Positions 41,042 to 51,948 of a stretch of DNA of 64,000 nt are shown here, in pieces. Within the stretch, counting starts at the first letter, position 1; each line of letters starts with the position of its first letter. The notes beneath the pieces were generated by a model, which was not told the origin of the DNA, did not search any database, and worked only from the letters and a program-made list of their open reading frames with translations. Source of the stretch: Polyangiales bacterium (GTDB taxonomy: Bacteria; Myxococcota_A; Polyangia; Polyangiales; CBDCBC01); assembly GCA_965214225.1 (NCBI GenBank), contig OZ243942.1, positions 1,227,774-1,291,773 on the forward strand, written 5' to 3'. Made by a program: the position numbers and the translations under genes.

Positions 41042-41941
41042 CTAGCTCGGCGGCACGACAAGCTGTTTAAGGCTCTCGGGATGCACTTCCGGCTTGTACC
41101 GCCTGCGAAGAGCACGAAGATACGTATCGAGCGCATCACGGCGCGCCTGCTCCAGAAGCTGCTCCTGGACCCTCTGGCGCCACAGCGCCTCTTCCTCTTT
41201 GGTGAAGTCGCGGCGGCCCGTTACCTTCACCACGCTGAAATAGGGGCCGAGAGACACCGGAGCAGAAACGGCCCCGAGTGTGCCGAGTTTGAACGCCTCT
41301 CGCGCAACAGCTCCCTCCACAGGAGGTCCACCGTCGGCGGCCAGGCCTCCCCGGTTGAAATACCGGAGGTCGCCGCCACGCATTCGTGTTTCACGGTCGA
41401 GACTATGGGCACGTGCAAGCTTCTGAAACTCAGCGAGGTCCCCTGATGACGCCTGCTTCTGGATCGCTTCTGCTTCGGCTCTCGTCGCGACAAGGATATG
41501 ACTTGCACGCAGGAACGGCCCCCTCTTTAAGTAGGGCGGCGTTTGCTTGAGGAAGCTTTCCACCTCCTCGTCCCCGGGCGTCGTCGCACGTGGATGCACC
41601 TTCTGCCGAACCAGCTCCGCCACCATCTGCTCCTCGACGGCATTTTGCCCCTCCCAGCGGAGCTCAGGCGTATGTCTCTCCGCGCGATGTTCCAGCAGAT
41701 GTGAAGCAATCATCTTATCCAAAAGCTGAGCCTTGTTTTCACTGCTAGTGTAGTGCTGAGCTACATCGGCTGGGTGATCGCTCAACCAGGCCCGAAAATC
41801 TGACACGGTGATCACACCCGAACCGACTGTAGCCAATACATGTTGGGCGCCGCCGGAAGCAGCAGCATGAGGACCGCTGTTAGCAGCAGCCAACGCAATA
41901 ATGGCCCATGCGCCCAGCTTGATAAATTTCCAGAGATGCAT
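41042..41941 (-). CDS. PpiC/parvulin-type peptidyl-prolyl isomerase
   Basis: RASHILV, FQKLARAHS.D, GGDLRYF; signal peptide. Confidence 0.88.
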   Translation of the reverse strand: MHLWKFIKLGAWAIIALAAANSGPHAAASGGAQHVLATVGSGVITVSDFRAWLSDHPADVAQHYTSSENKAQLLDKMIASHLLEHRAERHTPELRWEGQNAVEEQMVAELVRQKVHPRATTPGDEEVESFLKQTPPYLKRGPFLRASHILVATRAEAEAIQKQASSGDLAEFQKLARAHSLDRETRMRGGDLRYFNRGGLAADGGPPVEGAVAREAFKLGTLGAVSAPVSLGPYFSVVKVTGRRDFTKEEEALWRQRVQEQLLEQARRDALDTYLRALRRRYKPEVHPESLKQLVVPPS

Positions 41942-41965
41942 CTGCCGCCCAACCTAAAGAGAGCG

Positions 41966-43006
41966 CTACCCAGATACGTCGCGAATGGTGACGAACACAA
42001 GTAATGTTAACAAGAGCACCAGCCCAACGGTGTGCACGACCGCTTCGAAGCGCTCATTTGGCTTGCGTCGCGTAACAAGTTCATAGGACAAGAAGACAAG
42101 CCGTCCGCCATCGAGCGCTGGCAGAGGAAGCAAGTTGAACATGCCTAGCGCCACAGACAGCAACATGAGAATGGTGAGGTATTCAGCCGGCCCCTCACGC
42201 ACCTGTTCGGCTACGATTTTGCCCATGCCCCAAGGGCCCGAAACGCCCTCTGTTGAGCCCTGTTGAATGCGTTTACCTAACTCCTGCAGCTGCGCCACGG
42301 TGAGCTTGACCGGGAAGACCACTGAAGCTTGCAAAGCTTCAGGAAATGGAAGCGGCTGGTAGGTCCTTATCGTCTTGGCCACCACGCCTATCACGCCACG
42401 GCCGCTGCTTCTCTCGGGTGTGATTTGAAGTGCGCGCTGTTTCCCCTCGCGGCTGATCACGTATTCCGTGTGTTTGCCGGCGCGGGGAGACGTGATGGCG
42501 ATCAGGTCTTCCATCGACTGAATCTTCTTGCCTCCCGCCTGAAGCACCCGGTCACCTGGACGCACTCCAGCCTTGGCTGCGGGCGACCCCTTAGAAACAG
42601 CAGCAACTTCAACCGGACGGGTGGGAACATCTTCAGGCCAGCCCGACAGGCCAATGCCTAACACGAGGAGCGACGCTGTGAGGTAGTTGGCGAGCGGACC
42701 CGCCACAATGGTGACCATCCTCGCGAATAATCCCTTGTTGTTGAACAATTCAGGGTCGTCGGAATCCACTTTCTCGTTGATGCTCATGCCCGCGATTTGG
42801 ACGTAAGCGAGGAAGGGAATGGCGCAGATCTGAAAGGTCGTGGCGCTTCCTTTCGGTTGATAGCGCACCAGCGTCGGGCCAAAGCCGACACTGAACCTCA
42901 GCACGCGCATGCCGAAGGCTCTTGCAGCCAGATAGTGGCCGAGTTCGTGAATGATGACAAGCACCGAAATGCCCAGCACAGCTAAGAGGATGTCCCACCC
43001 TGACAT
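41966..43006 (-). CDS. rseP: RIP metalloprotease RseP (M50) with PDZ domain
   Basis: IHELGHYLAAR.FGM.V..FSVGFGP, AGPLAN, PDZ (SPAAKAGVRPGD), NLLPLPALDGG. Confidence 0.93.
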   Translation of the reverse strand: MSGWDILLAVLGISVLVIIHELGHYLAARAFGMRVLRFSVGFGPTLVRYQPKGSATTFQICAIPFLAYVQIAGMSINEKVDSDDPELFNNKGLFARMVTIVAGPLANYLTASLLVLGIGLSGWPEDVPTRPVEVAAVSKGSPAAKAGVRPGDRVLQAGGKKIQSMEDLIAITSPRAGKHTEYVISREGKQRALQITPERSSGRGVIGVVAKTIRTYQPLPFPEALQASVVFPVKLTVAQLQELGKRIQQGSTEGVSGPWGMGKIVAEQVREGPAEYLTILMLLSVALGMFNLLPLPALDGGRLVFLSYELVTRRKPNERFEAVVHTVGLVLLLTLLVFVTIRDVSG

Positions 43007-43096
43007 GCTGCTATTATGGGGCTTCTTGGGGTGGTTGTCGCGGTGATTTGTGCAAAAGCTGCGTCTATCGCAGCTCATACCCTGAGCCAATCCTGT

Positions 43097-44743
43097 ATGC
43101 GAGTTGCCTTATGTCAAGTTAACCCGACGGTGGGACAGGTGCGTCAGAATGCGCAGCGGGTGCTTGCGTGGTGCCTAAGAGCGCATGCAGAAGGAGCCAG
43201 CCTCGCGGTTTTTCCTGAACTTGCCCTGATAGGTTATCCACCCCGTGACCTTGTTCATGACAAGGAGCTGCTCTGGGCGCAGAGGGATGCGTTGGATTCG
43301 CTCGCGCGAGCACTGCCTGCGGAGCTGGCGGTTATCGTCGGCTACGCTGAACAAACAGAAGATGGATCAATCTACAACGCCGCAGCTTTGCTTCATCAGG
43401 AGACAATCGCGCAGCGGGCTCGTAAACAACTTCTCCCCAACTACGATGTGTTTAGCGAGCATCGCTACTTTCGCGCTGGCTTGCGCACGACCACGGCGAC
43501 GATCGGCAACGCGCACGTGGGCATCACCATCTGCGAAGACATCTTCAGCGACGAGGGGAGGATGAGCGAATGGACGTACGCCAATAGCCCTCTAGATGAA
43601 TGTGTGCGTCTCAAAACGGATTTGGTGGTAAACATTGCTGCCTCGCCGTTCACGCTTGCCAAGCATCGACTACGCCATGAGGTGATGTCAGAGCTGGCGG
43701 TAGAGGCAAGGCAACCGGTCATCTTTGTCAACCAGTGTGGGGCAAACGATGGTCTAATATTTGATGGCCGCTCCCTCATTGCCGGGCCGGATGGGAAGAT
43801 ATGGCGGCAAGCTGCTTCTTTTCGTGAGGACTTGGTGGTGGTGGATCTCGATGCAGCTGCGACCTCATCCGCTCAGGAAACCACGCCGCCGTCTGATGAG
43901 GACGATGCGCAGGTTGTGCTTCAGGCCCTCACCCTCGGCCTGAAAGACTTTACAGCTAAGACCGGGCTTACCAAGTGCGTGGTGGGACTCTCCGGCGGCA
44001 TCGACAGCGCCGTGACTGCCGCTTTGGCTGCTCGAGCAGTCGGAGGCGGACGCGTGATCGGCGTGTCGATGCCCTCTCGCTACACCAGCAGCGAGAGTAT
44101 GCGTGATGCACGAGGTTTGGCGAGCAATCTGGGGCTTGAGTTTCATCAGGTGGACATCGACCCGATCTTTCAGCTTCAACTGCAGCAACTGCCGAGCGCC
44201 CTGCAGACCCAAGGTCTGGTTGAGGAAAATCTCCAGTCTCGCCTTCGGATGGTGACTCTGATGGCCTTTAGCAACAGCCACAACGCGCTGCTGCTCAATA
44301 CGGGAAACAAGAGCGAAGCAGCGGTTGGCTACACCACGCTCTACGGTGATATGGCGGGAGGTCTCTGCCCCATCGGTGATCTGTATAAGAGCATGGTCTA
44401 TCGCCTGGCCCGTGCGATCAACCAGCAAGGTGCGGCACCAGTCATCCCTCAGCATACGCTAAGCCGCCCTCCCAGCGCGGAGCTCCGTGCTGGACAGCTC
44501 GACCAAGATTCGTTACCTGACTACGCTCTGCTTGATGGATTGCTTCAACTGCATATCGAGGAGCGCAAGACGCTAAGCGAGTTGGTCGAGGCCGGATACG
44601 AGCGCCATGTGGCGACTGAAGTTCTTGGCATGATTGAGCGAAGCGAATACAAACGCGCTCAAATGCCTCCGGCTTTAATCGTATCAAAGAAAGCGTTTGG
44701 CATCGGACGACTCATGCCTATCGCAGCACGCATTGAACATTGA
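43097..44743 (+). CDS. nadE: Glutamine-dependent NAD+ synthetase
   Basis: FPELALIGYPPRDL, LPNYDVF.E.RYF, ICED, GLSGGIDS, ENLQSRLR, TGNKSE, TLYGDM, PPSAEL. Confidence 0.96.
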   Translation: MRVALCQVNPTVGQVRQNAQRVLAWCLRAHAEGASLAVFPELALIGYPPRDLVHDKELLWAQRDALDSLARALPAELAVIVGYAEQTEDGSIYNAAALLHQETIAQRARKQLLPNYDVFSEHRYFRAGLRTTTATIGNAHVGITICEDIFSDEGRMSEWTYANSPLDECVRLKTDLVVNIAASPFTLAKHRLRHEVMSELAVEARQPVIFVNQCGANDGLIFDGRSLIAGPDGKIWRQAASFREDLVVVDLDAAATSSAQETTPPSDEDDAQVVLQALTLGLKDFTAKTGLTKCVVGLSGGIDSAVTAALAARAVGGGRVIGVSMPSRYTSSESMRDARGLASNLGLEFHQVDIDPIFQLQLQQLPSALQTQGLVEENLQSRLRMVTLMAFSNSHNALLLNTGNKSEAAVGYTTLYGDMAGGLCPIGDLYKSMVYRLARAINQQGAAPVIPQHTLSRPPSAELRAGQLDQDSLPDYALLDGLLQLHIEERKTLSELVEAGYERHVATEVLGMIERSEYKRAQMPPALIVSKKAFGIGRLMPIAARIEH

Positions 44744-44828
44744 AGCGCCTTCGCCCTCACAGAGGCGCCTGTGGATGCCTCAATGAAACCGTGACGCATG
44801 CCGCCTGGTCCAGATGATGGGGTGAGGC

Positions 44829-47800
44829 TTACCCAGCGTGCGAAGGATGCGCTCGCGGGGCTGAGTCCGCAAATCCGTGGTCGGTCGGTGGAAGCTTACG
44901 CTCGCGCACGATGTATATCGCGTCCTCCACCGCCACGTAAAGAGCAGGCACAACAATCAGCACGATAGCCGTCACAAACAGCGAGCCAAAGCCCAAGCTG
45001 ATCGCCATCGGTATCAGGAAGCGGGCCTGCCTCGAGGTCTCAAAACACATAGGCATCAGACCCAAGAAGGTTGTGAGCGATGTAAGGAGGATTGGCCGAA
45101 AGCGGCGTTTCCCCCCTTCTATCACCGCCGGCAGCAACGCACTTCCGTCTTTCCTGAAACCGTTTACAGCATCGACGAGAACCAACGAATCATTGACCAC
45201 GACCCCTGACAGGGCGATGATCCCAAACATGCTGCTGATGCTCAGCGTGTAGCCAAGCAGCATGTGACCCAGCACAGCACCCACCATTCCAAAAGGGATG
45301 GCTGACATGATAATCGCCGGTTGGATGTAACTTCTGAAGGGGATAGCCAGCAGCGCGAATATCGCGCAGAGGGCGATAAGGAAGTTAGGGCCCAGTGTTG
45401 AGAGGCTCTCGGATCTCTCGCGATGTTGACCTACGAATGAAGTTTCGAGCCCGGGATAGCGTGAGCGTAACTTCGGCAGCGTGGTCGCTGTGAGCGATTC
45501 CAGCACGGGGCGCGGCGTCACTACGCCGGCCGCTAGTTCAGCAGAGACGTTGACCACCCGCTGACCCTCCTCTCGACGTATTTCGGTCTTTGACCGCCCC
45601 TCCGTGACCTCCGCAACGTAGCCAAGTGGAACAGGCGCACCTTCCGCGGTGGGCACGGTATGCATCTCGATGTCTTCAATGGAGTCACGCTGGTTTTCCG
45701 GCAGGCGCACCATGACCTTGATCTCATTGCGGCCCCGCTGCTCGCGGAGCGCCTCGGCACCAAAGAAAGACGCGCGCAGAGCACGCGCTACGTCGTCTCC
45801 ACTCAAACCAAAGGTGCGCGCTTGAGGACGAAGCGAGAAGTCAAGCTGAGGCTTACCCACGGCGTAACTGTTTTCGATGTTGACCAGCTCCGGCAGCGTG
45901 GTCAGCGCCTGCGCCAATGCCCCCGATGCTTTGGCTAACGTTGATGCGTTCGGATGACTTAGCTGAACGTCCACCGGGCGGCCCGCGCTAGGTCCAGATC
46001 CCCCTGAGATCGAGAGAGACTCTAGGCCGCCTATGTCCGGCAACGCGTCGCGCCAACGTTCCGCAAAGGTCTCACTTGAAAAATCCCGCTGCTCTGACGG
46101 AACCAGCTCAAGCTCAACTGAGACAAGATGGCTGCCGACGCCAAGGGCCGACTCACCGAGCCGCGAAAACATTCCTTTCAAATTGCGGCTTCCACCGCTC
46201 TGCTTAAGCGCCTCCCGAGCGGATTGCTCGATCTTAGCCCGCACGCTGTCGGTTCGTTCCACCGGAGCACCAAACGGAAGACGCGCACTCGCTGTGACGA
46301 CGTCCCCTTCCAGGTTTGGAAAGAAGGTAAAGGGGACAATCCCGCTTACCACGGTGCTCATGATGACGATGAGGAAAGCCACCGCAGCTGAGAGCGTGAC
46401 GTAGCGGTGCGTAAGCGCAGAGGAGAGCCAGCGTCGGTAAGGACCTTCGACAAACCGAGTGAGCTTACCACTGGCGTAGCGCTGCACCCGGTCGATAGGC
46501 CGGAAGAAAGCACTGAAACGCCCGCCCTCACGGTCAACGCCATGCCGCAAGTGAGCGGGCAGGATGAAGAAGGACTCAAACAAAGACACGCTGAGCACAG
46601 CAACCACAACCACCGGTATGATCCGAAAGATTTTGCCGATGACCCCAGGAACAAAGAAGAGGGGAGCAAAGGCGACAATGGTGGTCAAAATGGAGAAGGT
46701 GACAGGCACCGCCATCTCCTGCGCGCCGCGCTTGGCTGCTTCTCCTGGCGCCATGCCTAGCTGAGCTTTGGTGTAGATGTTCTCTCCAATGATGATGGCA
46801 TCGTCGACTACCATACCGAGCGTAACGATGAGCGCGAAGAGCGACACCAGATTGATCGAGACATCGAGCGTTGACATGATGATGAACGCGCCGAGGAAAG
46901 AGATGGGTATGCCCAGTGCCACCCACCCTGCCAGCTGCCGCTTCAAAAACAGCGTGAGAACCAACAACACCAGGAACAACCCTTGCGTGGCGTTGCGCAC
47001 GAGCAGGTCGATGCGGTCTTGAAGACGCTCAGAATCATCGTCCCAGACAACAACCGACATGCTCTTAGGAAGCCCTTCTTGCAGCTCCTGCGCGTAAGCA
47101 CGCACCGCTTTGCTGACTTCAGTCGGGGTTTCGTCACCCACACGGTAGGCCGTTATTCGCACCGCAGGCTGACCGTTGAAGTAGGACGCTTGACCGGTGT
47201 CTTCGTACCCGTCCCTGATCTGGGCAACCTCGCCAAGCCGCACGAGCGAACCCTCCGCTGTGCCCTTCAAGACGATGTCCTCAAACGCCTCCCCCGTCAG
47301 ACGGCGGTCAGCCACTCTCACTAAAAGTTCCCCCGACTTGGTCTTGAGCTTTCCGCCAGGGAGCTCCACCGAGGCGCGCGTCACCTGCTGCGCCACTTCG
47401 TTCAGCGTCAATCCGTAGGCATCGAGTGTCTCACGCGGCACCTCGACAGCTATTTCCAATGGAGGAATGCCGCTGAGTTCGACCTGCGTGATCTGCGGAT
47501 TTCTCAGCAGTTCGAGTCGAGCTTTCTCAGCAATCTGATGGAGCGTGCGAAGAGATTCCGGTCCCGCCACAATGAGCGAGATGACTTGCCTCCGGCGACT
47601 CAGCAGCTCAGTCGTCGGCTTCTCTGCTTCCTCTGGAAACGAGGTGATACGGTCGACGGCGCTCTTCACGTCGGCCAAGACGCGGTCGCCATCGGCACCT
47701 CGAAGGAGGTCAATCGTCGCATTCGCCGATCCCTCGTTAGCGACCGAATAGACGCGCTTGACGCCGTCGAGAGGGCGCACTGCTTCCTCAACAGCAAGCA

Positions 47801-48002
47801 CAATACCCTGCTCGACCTCCTCCGGGCTTGCTCCTGGGTAGGGAACGAAAACGCGCACGGCGTCAAGCTCAAACTCGGGAAAGACCTCCTGTTTCATGCC
47901 GAGGGCAGCTAGAACGCCACCAACGAGAACAACCCCCATGGAGAGATTGGCTGCAACAGGGTTATTGGCCATCCATGCGATGGGACCCTTCTCAAAAGTC
48001 AT
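44829..48002 (-). CDS. RND efflux permease (AcrB/AcrD/AcrF family)
   Basis: 1057 aa; LGMVVDDAIIIGENI, VVVNDSLVLVD, RFRPILLTSLTT. Confidence 0.96.
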   Translation of the reverse strand: MTFEKGPIAWMANNPVAANLSMGVVLVGGVLAALGMKQEVFPEFELDAVRVFVPYPGASPEEVEQGIVLAVEEAVRPLDGVKRVYSVANEGSANATIDLLRGADGDRVLADVKSAVDRITSFPEEAEKPTTELLSRRRQVISLIVAGPESLRTLHQIAEKARLELLRNPQITQVELSGIPPLEIAVEVPRETLDAYGLTLNEVAQQVTRASVELPGGKLKTKSGELLVRVADRRLTGEAFEDIVLKGTAEGSLVRLGEVAQIRDGYEDTGQASYFNGQPAVRITAYRVGDETPTEVSKAVRAYAQELQEGLPKSMSVVVWDDDSERLQDRIDLLVRNATQGLFLVLLVLTLFLKRQLAGWVALGIPISFLGAFIIMSTLDVSINLVSLFALIVTLGMVVDDAIIIGENIYTKAQLGMAPGEAAKRGAQEMAVPVTFSILTTIVAFAPLFFVPGVIGKIFRIIPVVVVAVLSVSLFESFFILPAHLRHGVDREGGRFSAFFRPIDRVQRYASGKLTRFVEGPYRRWLSSALTHRYVTLSAAVAFLIVIMSTVVSGIVPFTFFPNLEGDVVTASARLPFGAPVERTDSVRAKIEQSAREALKQSGGSRNLKGMFSRLGESALGVGSHLVSVELELVPSEQRDFSSETFAERWRDALPDIGGLESLSISGGSGPSAGRPVDVQLSHPNASTLAKASGALAQALTTLPELVNIENSYAVGKPQLDFSLRPQARTFGLSGDDVARALRASFFGAEALREQRGRNEIKVMVRLPENQRDSIEDIEMHTVPTAEGAPVPLGYVAEVTEGRSKTEIRREEGQRVVNVSAELAAGVVTPRPVLESLTATTLPKLRSRYPGLETSFVGQHRERSESLSTLGPNFLIALCAIFALLAIPFRSYIQPAIIMSAIPFGMVGAVLGHMLLGYTLSISSMFGIIALSGVVVNDSLVLVDAVNGFRKDGSALLPAVIEGGKRRFRPILLTSLTTFLGLMPMCFETSRQARFLIPMAISLGFGSLFVTAIVLIVVPALYVAVEDAIYIVRERKLPPTDHGFADSAPRAHPSHAG

Positions 48003-48059
48003 TGGGCGTCTGCCTCGCTCCGCCTGAGAACCGCCGCTTTCCTCACGGAGGTGTGGCGG

Positions 48060-49385
48060 CTAATCATCTGCAATCCGCACGCGCATGCCTTCCACCGCCG
48101 AGCTGGGAGGCGTCAGGACAAGCTGCTCATCTGGAGCGATGGTTCCCGATGCATACTGCATCTCTGCATCCGCCCAGCGCACGCGCATCTTCCGTTTACT
48201 CAGTTCGCGACTCTTGCCGACCACCCATACGTGATTCCCCTCAACCCACGCGCGACGAGGGATAGCGTACACCCCTGCGAGTAGACTGCCGAAGATCGTC
48301 ACGTCGACGTACGCCCCTGGAAGCAGCGGCAGCTTGGAGTCATCCCTTAGCGGGTCGTCCACCATCACCAGAAGTTGCGCGCGGCGTGTCGCCGGATCAA
48401 GCTGCCCGACAAGCCCCGCGACATACCCTTCACGTTCAATGACGCTCTCTCGAAGCTTCTGCCTTACGATAGCCTTGGTAGGTTGTTCAGCATCCGTGCA
48501 CTCTGCCTCGCGCCCAGCACTCTGCTTCTCTTTAGCAGCTCGCTTCTCTTCAGCAGGCCCGCCATTCTCTTCAGCAGGCCCGCCATTCTCTTCAGCAGGC
48601 CCGCCACCCGCAACCGCCTTCGCGTTTCCGGGAGTCTTTGCGGGCCTGCTATCCGCACAGGCACCGCTACCCCCCAGCGAAAGCCACTCGAGGTCTTCAA
48701 CCGGGATGGAGACGCGCACCCGCATGGCCTGCGTACCGACCAGCGTGGCAAGCGCAGTCTGACGCCCGACAACTTGCCCTACGTCGACTTCCTCATCGAG
48801 TACTAGTGCGTCAAAAGGTGCAACCAACCGCGTACGCGAGAGCGCGAGCTTCGCTTGCTCCAGAGCACTTTGGCTCGCAGTCACCGCACTCTCGGCCGCT
48901 TCAAGCTGACTGCTGCGCACAGCCAGCGGGGCTTCCTTAGCGGAAGTGCCCTCACCAAGAATCTTCCATGCACTTCGCGCTACTGCTCCGCGACCCTGCT
49001 CAAGCTCCAGCTCAAGCTCGGACGCACGCACCTGACTCCTCTGTTGCTCAACAGCAAGCTGGTAGTCCCGGGCATCTATTCTCACCAGAAGCTCACCCTT
49101 GCGCACTCTTCCCCCAGGCTTGAGTGAGCGGGAGACATCTACAACCTTGCCCTCGACCTGAGGAATGAGAGTGACCTCCTGCTCCGCTGCGACCACACCG
49201 GTGGCGGGCACCCGCACCTGCACTGACTTCTGCTTTAGCGTCGCCACCTCAACTACGGGAGAGGTAGGCGTGGGCTTGCTCTTGGCCGCCTTGGGCGAAA
49301 GAGAGAAGACAACCAAGCTGATCAACAAAGCCGCGGCAACGATAGCGATGGGGAGGCCCACTGCGATGAGGCGTTTGCGTTTCAT
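48060..49385 (-). CDS. RND periplasmic adaptor (membrane fusion protein)
   Basis: PQVEGKV, V.KGELLVRID.RDY, LSRTRLVAPFD; contains an in-frame GGPAEEN repeat. Confidence 0.93.
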   Translation of the reverse strand: MKRKRLIAVGLPIAIVAAALLISLVVFSLSPKAAKSKPTPTSPVVEVATLKQKSVQVRVPATGVVAAEQEVTLIPQVEGKVVDVSRSLKPGGRVRKGELLVRIDARDYQLAVEQQRSQVRASELELELEQGRGAVARSAWKILGEGTSAKEAPLAVRSSQLEAAESAVTASQSALEQAKLALSRTRLVAPFDALVLDEEVDVGQVVGRQTALATLVGTQAMRVRVSIPVEDLEWLSLGGSGACADSRPAKTPGNAKAVAGGGPAEENGGPAEENGGPAEEKRAAKEKQSAGREAECTDAEQPTKAIVRQKLRESVIEREGYVAGLVGQLDPATRRAQLLVMVDDPLRDDSKLPLLPGAYVDVTIFGSLLAGVYAIPRRAWVEGNHVWVVGKSRELSKRKMRVRWADAEMQYASGTIAPDEQLVLTPPSSAVEGMRVRIADD

Positions 49386-50815
49386 GTTGGTTCTCGCACT
49401 GGCAGGCCCAGCGCCTGCAAGAGAGCAACTCGGGCAGAGAACACGCTTCGCTTCGCTTGCAGCGTGTTGAGCTCAGCGGTTTGCTGAGCATTGAGCGCGC
49501 TAAGAACGTCCAAGTAGTCTCCTCCACCCTCGATGTAGCTTCGTTGCGACTCCTTCAGTGCGGCATTGGCTGCCTTTAGCTGCTCTGCGTAAGCATCTAG
49601 AGAGCGCGTGTGTTCCTTCTCGAAAATGAGTGCCTGACGCACCTCGGCCAGCGCGTCGAACACGGCTTGCTCCAGCTCGCCCACGGCTACGCGGGCGGAA
49701 GCTTTGGCCTCATCAACTTGGCTTGTAATGCGAAAACCGGTGAAGATGGGCAGCGACACCAAGCCGCTCACACTCCAGAACTCTAGCTCTCGGGTCTCCT
49801 GCAACACAAGTGCCTGGTATCCCGCTTGTGCTGACAGCTCGACCGTCGGAAGATGCCCCCACCAAAGACCCGCCGCCCGCTTATCTGCTGCACGCACACG
49901 TGCGCGCGCCGCCTTGAGGTCGGGCCGATTCTTCACCAGCGTCTTGGTGCTACCAAGCCGAGGCTGCGGAGGCAAGTTACGCAGAACGTCCGCAGTCCGT
50001 AAGGGTTCGGCTGTTGCTCCAAACCCCAACACGCTCCGGAGCTGCTGCAGACTCTGCCGATACAGGAGCCGCGCTTGTGGCAGAGCAGCGCGGGTGCCGC
50101 TGAGCTGCTGTTTCTGCTGCAACACCGCAAGCGCAGTGGATCCTCCACGCTCGTAGAGCATAAGCGTGAGCTCGAGCAGCTGCTCACCAACCTTCACTTG
50201 CTTACGAAGCACATCATACTGCTCCCGCGCGTAGACGGCGTCGAAATAGGCTTCCGAAACGGTTGCAGCCAAAGCAATCGCAAGCGCCGCTCGATCGCCA
50301 CGAGCCGCACGCTCACTCCAGCGAGCTGACGCAAGCGCCAGGTAATCACCGCCCCACGCGTCGAGCCGGTACCGTGCATTGAGTGTGGCCGAACCACGCA
50401 GGTAGTAATCAGGGCCTGCTCCCGCGGCGCCGCCTCCAAACTGGAACCCCAACGCACCGGCCGGACCAATCGTCCCTTCGGCCTGCGCAGAGAGTTCGGG
50501 GAAGAGGGGCGCACGCGCCTGCCGTGCTACCGCGTCGGCCTCGCGGATCCGGGCTGTCGCTGCCTTCAGGTCGGGAGAGTACTGCACGACCCGGTCGAGG
50601 TAGTCCTGCAGTTGCGCATCGCGCCAGTGACTTACCCAGACGCGTCCACCGCTACCGGCTGCGTGCACGACGTTGTGGCCAAACACGTACCAAGACAAAA
50701 CCGCAACAAGTGTGAATCGGAGAGGTCTCTTCAAGCGCAACAACTCAGCAGAAACAAGGTCTCGGAGCCCTAACGGCTCACCCTTCAGGTCGTGATGGCC
50801 AAACATCTGAAGCAC
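49382..50815 (-). CDS. TolC-family outer membrane efflux protein
   Basis: SPDLKAA.ARI.EA, RPDLKAA, LPIF.G, YIEG..DYLDVL.A; start uncertain. Confidence 0.9.
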   Translation of the reverse strand: MLQMFGHHDLKGEPLGLRDLVSAELLRLKRPLRFTLVAVLSWYVFGHNVVHAAGSGGRVWVSHWRDAQLQDYLDRVVQYSPDLKAATARIREADAVARQARAPLFPELSAQAEGTIGPAGALGFQFGGGAAGAGPDYYLRGSATLNARYRLDAWGGDYLALASARWSERAARGDRAALAIALAATVSEAYFDAVYAREQYDVLRKQVKVGEQLLELTLMLYERGGSTALAVLQQKQQLSGTRAALPQARLLYRQSLQQLRSVLGFGATAEPLRTADVLRNLPPQPRLGSTKTLVKNRPDLKAARARVRAADKRAAGLWWGHLPTVELSAQAGYQALVLQETRELEFWSVSGLVSLPIFTGFRITSQVDEAKASARVAVGELEQAVFDALAEVRQALIFEKEHTRSLDAYAEQLKAANAALKESQRSYIEGGGDYLDVLSALNAQQTAELNTLQAKRSVFSARVALLQALGLPVREPT

Positions 50816-50883
50816 TCAGCATCTGAAGTACTCGGCATCTGAAGCACTCGGCATCTGAAGCACAGAACCTCTGAAGCACTCAG
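50804..50883. repeat. 16-bp tandem repeat x5 overlapping the TolC gene 5' end
   Basis: CATCTGAAGCACTC(A/G)G-like units. Confidence 0.88.
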
Positions 50884-51090
50884 CAACGCGTGTGTCCGTT
50901 TCGCTCATACGTCAATTTGGACAAGCTAGCTTGGGTCAGTAGGCGCTGGTGTCAACCCTTCTGCAACCCTAAGGTGGGAAACGACCAGCATCCGCGACGA
51001 TGTGACGCAGGTCTCGCAGCGCGCTAAGGTCACGCACCTTCCTTGCACGTTGCAAGAGGTTCCGCCCCCTTTCGGGATCAGATACCCATC

Positions 51091-51807
51091 ATGAGCCGCT
51101 GCATCGCCGTTGTAACGACCCACAACAACCACGACACGCTCGATTCGTTCGTCGAGCGGTTTCGAAGAGCCTGCAACTATCCTCTGCTCGTCGTCGACCG
51201 GCACTCCACCGATGGAACAGGGCATCAGGCCGAAGAACTCTCGCGCACTTACGGGAACATCTCTCTACTGCACAGTCCGGAGGAACTGGGATTCCGTCAG
51301 GCGTGCACCCAAGGGTTTGACTGGGCGCTCGAGAGGGACTTCGACATCGTTTGTCAGCTCCGCGCAGACCTCTCCCACCCCCCAGGCCTCGCGCCGGATT
51401 TGGTTGGCTGCATCGAGCAGGGGGCGGACTTTGTCATCGCCACCCGTCACGCACATGGCGGGTCGGTGCTGGGGCGGGCAGCGTGGCGACGCGCCCTTTC
51501 CCGAGGAAGCTCCCTATACAGCAAGAAGATGCTCTCGGTTGACGTCAGCGACCTGACCAGCGGCTACAAGGCATATCATCGGCGCGTGTTAGAGACTGTG
51601 GACCTCGGCCGCCTTTACTCGAAAGCCGATGCGCCCTTCCAGATCGAGATGACCTTTCGCGCTCTCCTTGAAGGCTTTGCTCTCGCTGAAGTTCCATACA
51701 CATCCGAATACGTGTCGTCCGAAGAAGACGTATCGCCTCGCATCATTTCAGAAGCCGCACTCACCATGTGGCGACTTCGTCGGGATGCCCTCCTTGGACG
51801 GCTCTAA
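51091..51807 (+). CDS. GT2 polyprenol-phosphate mannose synthase-like protein (divergent)
   Basis: DGTG, ADLSHPP, D.VIATR...GG.V.G...RR.LS, DLTSGYKAY, FQIEM. Confidence 0.8.
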   Translation: MSRCIAVVTTHNNHDTLDSFVERFRRACNYPLLVVDRHSTDGTGHQAEELSRTYGNISLLHSPEELGFRQACTQGFDWALERDFDIVCQLRADLSHPPGLAPDLVGCIEQGADFVIATRHAHGGSVLGRAAWRRALSRGSSLYSKKMLSVDVSDLTSGYKAYHRRVLETVDLGRLYSKADAPFQIEMTFRALLEGFALAEVPYTSEYVSSEEDVSPRIISEAALTMWRLRRDALLGRL

Positions 51808-51948
51808 CCTACCCGCTCGCGGTGCGTGACGCGATTTCCCGCAGACCGCAACTTCCCGCAGACCGCAGCTTCCCTCAGGCGTAGCCCGGTGAACCGCGCA
51901 AGCGCAACTGAGCGCGCACACCATGCCGGAGCAGAAAACCGAGATAGT

